Of a stretch of DNA of 54,379 bases, positions 52,716 to 54,379 are shown in pieces (position 1 is the stretch's first letter; every line of letters starts with the position of its first letter). A model generated the notes under the pieces. That model was not told the DNA's origin. It was given only the letters and a program-made list of their open reading frames with translations, and searched no databases. This DNA is from an uncultured bacterium (lineage in GTDB: Bacteria > Chlamydiota > Chlamydiia > Chlamydiales > SM23-39), in the NCBI GenBank assembly GCA_964641775.1, contig CAZXLK010000002.1, positions 1-54,379 of the forward strand, read 5' to 3'. Position numbers and translations under genes: made by a program.

Positions 52716-53730
52716 CGCTATGTATAAATATATCTTCCTTGCTGCCTTGCCCCTCTTTGCCCAGATGCAGCAGGCCAATATGGGCGATAAAAAAATTGTT
52801 TTTCAAAATACGATCGTGGCCAAGGTCAATGGCAATACCATCTCCATGATGGATGTAAAAAAGAAGCTCGACATGCACTTTCATCAACATTATCCCCATT
52901 TAGCCGATTCCAGTACTGCCCGGCATCAGTTTTATGAAAAAAGCTGGAGGCAAATTATGATGGAAATGATCGACAATCAGCTGATTTTAGCAGATGCTGA
53001 AGCCCATCAAATTAAAACCTCTGATGCCGATGTCAGGCAAACAATGGATGAGCGCTTTGGCCCAAATACCTTAGAAACGCTGGAAAAAATCGGTCTTACA
53101 TACGATGAAGCTTTCAAACTCGTTAAAAATGAGATCATTGTCCAAAGGATGAGCTGGTTTTTCATCCAAGCCAAGGCCTTCCACGCGGTCACTCCCCTAT
53201 CGATTAAAAAAGCTTATCAGAGCTATCTCGAAGAACATCCTCCCTATAATGAGCTTAAATATCGAGTGGTAACGATTCAAAGTCAAAACCTAGAAGTTAC
53301 AGCAAACCTCGTATATAATCATCTCATCCAAAATAAAAAAAGCCCGGAGCTTCTTGAAAGCTCTCTCAAAGAGATCGATCCATCGATTCAAATCTCATCC
53401 GAATATACCGCATCCGATCTAGAAATTTCAGAAACTCTACGCAATACTCTTCACACCCTTCTTCCCGAAAGCTACAGTGAACCTGCAATTCAAACGAGTA
53501 GAGCTGCAAACAAAAAGGTAGCAAGAATTTATTATCTGGCATCTCTAACCGATCACCCGGCATCAACTTTTCAAGAATTATCTCAAACGCTTCGCGATCA
53601 GCTTTTGCAAACGGCAATGGCAAAAGAGTCGACTACTTATCTGAACAAACTTCGTAACAATTTTGGCTTTGACACGGCTTATCTCAAAGAAACCGTACCC
53701 GACGACATGCATCCCTTTTCATTGCAATGA
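52705..53730 (+). CDS. SurA-N-domain-like periplasmic chaperone (no parvulin domain recognised)
   Basis: The track start at 52603 is TTG inside the upstream gene. An ATG at 52705 or 52720 gives the signal peptide (MILSA)MYKYIFLAALPLFA/Q. IVAKVNGNTISMMDVKKKLD resembles SurA/PpiD N-terminal regions. Confidence 0.55.
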   Translation: MILSAMYKYIFLAALPLFAQMQQANMGDKKIVFQNTIVAKVNGNTISMMDVKKKLDMHFHQHYPHLADSSTARHQFYEKSWRQIMMEMIDNQLILADAEAHQIKTSDADVRQTMDERFGPNTLETLEKIGLTYDEAFKLVKNEIIVQRMSWFFIQAKAFHAVTPLSIKKAYQSYLEEHPPYNELKYRVVTIQSQNLEVTANLVYNHLIQNKKSPELLESSLKEIDPSIQISSEYTASDLEISETLRNTLHTLLPESYSEPAIQTSRAANKKVARIYYLASLTDHPASTFQELSQTLRDQLLQTAMAKESTTYLNKLRNNFGFDTAYLKETVPDDMHPFSLQ

Positions 53731-54379
53731 AATTGTTCGACCTGCTTCTTTTTCTAGATTCCATCCAAAGGCGGCCAAGTAGAGCTTTATCACAAAATTT
53801 TCTCATCGATGAGAATATCGTAAGAAAAATCATTCAACTAGCAAAAGTTACCCCCGACGAAAATGTCTTGGAAATCGGCCCGGGACCGGGCGCCCTCACC
53901 TCCCAACTTCTTTCCACCGGCGCCAAAGTTTTTGCAGTAGAAAAGGATCCCATTTTTTCTCAAGAGCTCAGCCGTTTCCAAAATCCAAATCTCACCTCCA
54001 TCCATGCCGATTTTCTAAAATTCGATCTCTCTACCCTTCCCAGCCCCATCAAAGTGGTGGCCAATCTCCCCTACAACATCACAACTCCAATCCTAGAAAT
54101 ACTTCTCACTTCCCAAAAATTCACAACCCTAACCCTGATGGTCCAAAAAGAGCTTGCCGACCGAATTTTTGCTTCGCCCGGATCCAAAGATTTTAGTTCT
54201 CTCAGCATCTTCGTACAGTTCTACACCACCCTCGATTCTTCCTTCAAAGTTCCGGCATCATGTTTCTATCCCAAGCCAACCGTCGATTCCAAAGTGATCC
54301 ATCTCACTCCAAGAAAGCCGCCCCTGCAAGATCCCACTCCCTTTTTCGCCCTAGTGCGAAAAGCCTTCGGCCAGCGCCG
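53727..54379 (+). CDS. rsmA: 16S rRNA (adenine1518/1519-N6)-dimethyltransferase, 3'-truncated by the window end
   Basis: Not in the ORF track because there is no stop in the window. ATGA overlap with the upstream stop. The translation begins MKLFDLLLFLDSIQRRPSRALSQNFLIDENIVRKII...VLEIGPGPGALT...VVANLPYNITTPI. Confidence 0.9.
   Translation, partial: MKLFDLLLFLDSIQRRPSRALSQNFLIDENIVRKIIQLAKVTPDENVLEIGPGPGALTSQLLSTGAKVFAVEKDPIFSQELSRFQNPNLTSIHADFLKFDLSTLPSPIKVVANLPYNITTPILEILLTSQKFTTLTLMVQKELADRIFASPGSKDFSSLSIFVQFYTTLDSSFKVPASCFYPKPTVDSKVIHLTPRKPPLQDPTPFFALVRKAFGQR

Overview
This window appears to come from a Chlamydia-related bacterium of the environmental or amoeba-associated type. The evidence is gene order: it matches two conserved chlamydial blocks. 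Block one (124-8129, + strand) is the type III secretion cluster sctN-sctO-sctP-sctQ-sctC, equivalent to C. trachomatis CT669-CT674 but without the Pkn5 kinase gene between sctQ and sctC. Block two (29562-51189, - strand) runs tRNA-Leu, gapA, rplQ, rpoA, rpsK, rpsM, secY, then rplO through rplC, two Cap1-position membrane proteins, fmt, lpxA, fabZ, lpxC and lnt. This equals CT505-CT534, including the chlamydial absence of S10, L30, S14, L36 and IF1 from the cluster.

Between the two blocks (about 9.7-29.6 kb) lies a mosaic accessory region. It contains manC, a secreted eqolisin-type (G1) glutamic peptidase, an IMPase and a Nudix protein. It also holds a five-gene same-strand locus of eukaryote-like candidate effectors: a 691-aa protein with a G-X11-D-X-D nucleotidyltransferase motif, a small LRR protein, and three tandem POZ(Skp1/BTB)-plus-FBXL-type-LRR paralogues. 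The rest of the region comprises a HigB/HigA-like toxin-antitoxin pair with a visible operator, ispD, an MFS transporter coupled to a signal-peptide-bearing acireductone dioxygenase, a phospholipid module (CDP-alcohol phosphatidyltransferase, CdsA, PlsC) and a two-gene HEPN module.

The least explained signal is non-coding and has three parts:
1. An insert of about 620 bp at the 3' end of tRNA-Leu(UAA). It is GC-rich, hairpin-dense and repeat-structured. It is bounded by a 17-nt direct repeat, the displaced native tRNA end is still recognisable, and one hairpin shows compensatory base-pair changes between copies.
2. A dispersed family of hexamer-phased (NNNCGG)n / (CCGNNN)n tracts. These bracket sctN and recur in four other intergenic spaces.
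3. A roughly 33-nt hairpin module (GGGGTCCCCGAAGACGCATCGTCTTTGGGGTGG) found nested in those tracts and forming the last codons of lnt.

A tandemly duplicated 114-bp palindromic element after sctC appears to supply the whole signal peptide of the downstream lipoprotein.

All calls come from reading the sequence and ORF translations. No database search was run. Several ORF-track starts are TTG or GTG, and I adjusted some of them.
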